Below, in pieces: positions 61,701 through 64,000 of a DNA stretch of 64,000 bases (the stretch's first letter is position 1; every line of letters begins with the position of its first letter). Made by a program: the position numbers and the translations under genes. The stretch comes from Coriobacteriia bacterium. Its GTDB lineage: Bacteria > Actinomycetota > Coriobacteriia > Coriobacteriales > UBA8131. The stretch lies in the NCBI GenBank assembly GCA_009783085.1, contig WRHU01000002.1:138019-202018 (forward strand), read 5' to 3'. The notes beneath the pieces are model-generated. The model was not told the origin of the DNA. It ran no database searches and worked only from the letters and a program-made list of their open reading frames with translations.

Positions 61701-64000
61701 ACCCAATACGTAATCTGCGTCACACTTGCGGTGTTAAGCGGAATCTGAGGTAAGACCTCTTTATTGGCTGAATCTGGGTTAATAACAACCTTGTCGGTCA
61801 AAACGCCGTCTTCAATATCATTTGCCGTAACACCGGTCATAATCTGCTCACGGCTTACCATTGCCGTACTTCCCTCGACCCAAGGAATATTCAAAGGCAT
61901 CGGGGTTGCTTGGATAGTTGGGAAGTTGCCCTCGCCAACTTGGATAGTAAGCGGCAAACTGATGTTTTTGCCAGCGTCAGAGACCGTTACGTTATACGTG
62001 CCCGTCTCTGCCTTAAAGCCACCGAAGTTAGGCTCAAGGATAATGGTCTCAAGCGTGTCAACCTCACCAGTTGGGTGTACCCAACGTGAGCCAGCTTTAA
62101 GAGCTTCTACCAAAGCAGCTTGAACATTGCCAGAGTCCAAAATAGTCTGAGCCTCACCAATGCGCAGCTGCAAGTTGCTACCAAAGATGGTGTATTCGCC
62201 ATCGGTAAAGATCTCTTCAGCGTCTACAACCTCACCAATGATATCTTTGTCAATAAAGCCAGTTGGTACGTCAACGCCACGAATGGTAATAGGATACTTA
62301 CCAACAGCAGCACCGTAGCCACCATCTCTCCATACCGACACATCACCAGCACCAAGTGCCTGGCCGTTTGTGCCGTTGAATAAGGCAGCCTCAGACCTAC
62401 CCAAGATATCAGTTGAGTAAGGTGCCTTGACGTCTTTGAGCAAAGCAATAAAGGACTTCGCTTGCAGGATGCGTCCGTCGCCTACTTTGTAGGTTCCGTC
62501 GTTAACAACTACGATGCGCTCAGCGGTAACCGTGTTGTCGTCAGAGTCGGTTACTGAGTAGTTGATCTTATACAGACCAACGCCATCTTTGGTTGCGTTT
62601 ACAACAGGACCGTCAGGGGTTGCCGTAATGTTAAGCGGCTTGCCGTCGCGGTCATCTTCAAAGTCAGTAGCAGAAACCTCATGCATATCACCGGTGTACT
62701 CGCTTGGCAAAATGCCTGAGCGACCAGCATAGTTTGGATCGCCAACCCAAATCTCCAGCGGCGTTGAAACGTTAAGTACCGGCACCTCACCTTGAGATAC
62801 AACACCAGTAACCGATACGTCTTGTGTAGGGGTAACACCCTCAAGACGGAAGGTAATGGGTGTATAGGTGCCAAGTTCTGCCCTAAAGCCACCGTTGGTA
62901 CCAAGCAAAATGCTCGTTTGAGGTGGTTTGGGGTTGGGAACTAGTTTAACGTAGCCGGCATTAGCAGCGTTAATGTAGGTCTGTGGAGCACCTGCCAAAA
63001 TAGCCGCAGCTTGCGTAAGGTTTACTCTAAAGTCTGAAGCGTAAATTGCATAACTTGCCGACTTATCGCCTTGGTTTACATAGTCTGCATCAACTACGTG
63101 AGCAACAATGCTCTTGGTGGTGTTGCGATCAGCAGCCTTCCACGTAATAGGATAATCACCCGGATCAGCATTTTGTACATAACCCATAGGAGCAGCAGTC
63201 CAGTTTACCACAAGAGCCTTACCGTCAATGTCATACGCTTCTGCCCATGACAGTGATCTTGCTTGGCCTTCGGTGCCGTCAACAGAGCCATCGCCCTTTG
63301 ACTTAACAACATAGTCGCGTGCACCAATGATAACGTCATCGTTTTTGTCGATAACATAGCGGCCATCGTCTACAACAACAGCGCGCTCAGCGGTAGTGGT
63401 ATTGCCGTCAGTATCAGTAATTGAGTAGACAACATTCCACACGCCAACGTTTGCTTGGTCAAGCTGTGTAAGACCACCAGCGATGGTATAGGTGGTTTTT
63501 GCCCACAGGTCAATACCAAGGAAGTCGTCTTCAACATCAGTAACCGTCATCTTTGCTTTGATGTCTGCTGCGGTCAAAATCTTAGAATCAGCAGTTTTCT
63601 CAAAGACAAGTGGTGCTTCTTGGAAGGTAATAATTGGGTCATTGCTGGCAAGCGTGAAGTTTACGGTTGCCGTAACGTCAGGTTGACCTTCTGGCATAAA
63701 GGTAACAGGATAAGCAGTTCCTGGAACGGGGTTAGCCGGAATGGTGTTTTCTTTGACAACAGGACGTACGTCACTGATGCCCTCGCCACCAACAGATTTC
63801 CAAGCCTCAGCAAATGCGCGCTCGATTACGAGAGCTTGTGCAGTAGTGCTTAAGCCCGTAAAGCTTGGAGCTTCGGTGAGGGTGAACTCAGCGTGCTTTG
63901 CACCAACAATGTAGCGAATATCGTCCTCGTCAAAAATCTTGTCGCCGAGCACGTCTTTGTCAACTACCTTGCCGACAACGTCATGCGTTTCTGGGCCACC
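58778..64000 (-). CDS. Giant surface adhesin-like protein (over 1740 aa, 5' end outside window): repeated Ig-like modules, a Listeria-Bacteroides-type repeat, and a 3-TM C-terminal anchor
   Basis: The frame is open to the window edge. There are at least 5 modules with the pattern (T/S)AxD.EDxxL...Y.VTY.VTDSDxNT...R.V.V.DG. YKVTFNANGG...GYSFNGWYT is a Flg_new/List-Bact repeat. Three hydrophobic helices lie in the last 150 aa or so, and there is no LPXTG. Confidence 0.85.
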   Translation of the reverse strand, partial: GGPETHDVVGKVVDKDVLGDKIFDEDDIRYIVGAKHAEFTLTEAPSFTGLSTTAQALVIERAFAEAWKSVGGEGISDVRPVVKENTIPANPVPGTAYPVTFMPEGQPDVTATVNFTLASNDPIITFQEAPLVFEKTADSKILTAADIKAKMTVTDVEDDFLGIDLWAKTTYTIAGGLTQLDQANVGVWNVVYSITDTDGNTTTAERAVVVDDGRYVIDKNDDVIIGARDYVVKSKGDGSVDGTEGQARSLSWAEAYDIDGKALVVNWTAAPMGYVQNADPGDYPITWKAADRNTTKSIVAHVVDADYVNQGDKSASYAIYASDFRVNLTQAAAILAGAPQTYINAANAGYVKLVPNPKPPQTSILLGTNGGFRAELGTYTPITFRLEGVTPTQDVSVTGVVSQGEVPVLNVSTPLEIWVGDPNYAGRSGILPSEYTGDMHEVSATDFEDDRDGKPLNITATPDGPVVNATKDGVGLYKINYSVTDSDDNTVTAERIVVVNDGTYKVGDGRILQAKSFIALLKDVKAPYSTDILGRSEAALFNGTNGQALGAGDVSVWRDGGYGAAVGKYPITIRGVDVPTGFIDKDIIGEVVDAEEIFTDGEYTIFGSNLQLRIGEAQTILDSGNVQAALVEALKAGSRWVHPTGEVDTLETIILEPNFGGFKAETGTYNVTVSDAGKNISLPLTIQVGEGNFPTIQATPMPLNIPWVEGSTAMVSREQIMTGVTANDIEDGVLTDKVVINPDSANKEVLPQIPLNTASVTQITYWVMDSDLNTAQVTRALIVNDGSISFDENWILQARSFVIESKDVDNNNIPGIILENSEAKAWRSNGSDATAMVRDTASMNDMAGTYRPILAIQEAPNFTRTITARVLDSRPPFPEVGGNGDAYSIKARSFRINLADAAKLQSTNGSAYDNEFLTRALVESYVRADTNLSQGGTPKLVDDGGFRTATFTPDPHPGTDPNYPTVIPVKFWVDEDHEAFVWVDVIVSNGEYPWINVPALKSVALNANFTDADFMRDVTYGDAEDDPKDLKVVYAPTSIDTSKEGIYEVTYTVTDTENNSTSAIGYVMVGWEVDGDYAVNAGDFITTVNDINSATNPNDLILQLSHAQAKHVVRDADGNVTGLEDWPAAVKNNGGFRAAVGTYSNIEIGVAEEDKPVKKISAQVINKDVISNTPDEDGNVNDTNTNDPNDTNRYIVGANNVMLRVSEAAALAGKTDAASVAKLVALAEAQGFKIAATGGSQPHNVTVSANNIEGKVGSYTVTFIPEGVGGVEATVTFTVGTGNLPVLTPERPVVVPVAPNNGSNLTNDQKRGKSTAYDVEDGDLTSQIKVDGNVPANKPGIYQVTMTVTDSDGNTSSVKAAVVVDDGNIVFDATHILYAKNFTIAHSAVNMNNRAAQILQQSAAQATRIDGTPVSVRVSALGGYTNAGGTYKPVIAVVDAGTSSLGTLAVDVDTADATIDTLAATLTKTITATVTQPLPRYKVTFNANGGRLTGPSALYVQRPATTIAYLPSDPVRKGYSFNGWYTKKSGGSAFTASTTVNANRTVYAHWTKDAAPPQPRIVVNPPATYVNVAAPPAVTVPGETRIIEVDKTPATPPVVVDPPEEKFWSLFNLLVVILSALLALGFLIKFFFDRRKEDEDRDRPAKQKSMYVNAPVLLIAVIAFIEGLVVLLVTQDFTAKMGIIDQYSLPLSLIVFVQLLVPMVAALLKKNRDDREPYAPQPQVVVQAPVPQTVQRTYIG

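Overview
This is a chromosomal, mostly housekeeping window with about 50 protein genes and 2 tRNAs; nearly all core genes are on the minus strand. The gene order is rplM-rpsI-glmM ... glmS-acpS-nnrD-alr-udg-tsaE-tsaB/rimI/tsaD ... rsmA ... groES-groEL-tilS-hpt-ftsH-folE-folP-folK, plus dnaX-ybaB-recR. From memory this matches the Actinomycetota layout known from Mycobacterium. Moderate GC, LRR/Ig-type giant surface proteins and many low-complexity protein extensions suggest a Coriobacteriia-like host, but this is inference and cannot be proven here. Six patches are AT-richer and look accessory: an LRR protein (555-2078), a membrane protein/HTH/lipoprotein operon (6272-8636), VapBC (11289-11911), a HigBA-like pair (23011-23624), a tRNA-Ser-linked islet with a frameshifted unknown gene (25971-26692), and an adhesin of more than 1740 aa (58778-64000). 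I saw no transposase, integrase, CRISPR array or rRNA. The main leads are: (1) single-ORF fusions of normally separate enzymes (TsaB-RimI-TsaD, and FolK-RsmI with folB absent from the fol cluster). (2) A recurring, unexplained architecture in which operon-internal spacers are built from short tandem repeats that start at or inside the upstream stop codon (tsaE/tsaB 11 bp x5, glmS/acpS 19 bp x4, the recR 3' end, ybaB/recR, dnaX/ybaB, 22 bp x3 upstream of dnaX, glmS 5' UTR 21 bp x3). (3) An orphan promoter-to-terminator unit of about 230 nt between groEL and tilS with two C-rich-loop hairpins, a candidate sRNA. (4) A Ni/Co ECF importer whose ATPase carries a 13-His insertion, next to a CDF exporter with a hairpin abutting its start codon. 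(5) A bactofilin apparently co-transcribed with a tail-anchored disordered protein, plus three more membrane proteins with 600-750-aa disordered regions among cell-envelope genes. I did not recognise a complete, clearly novel multi-gene system; these are leads, not demonstrations.
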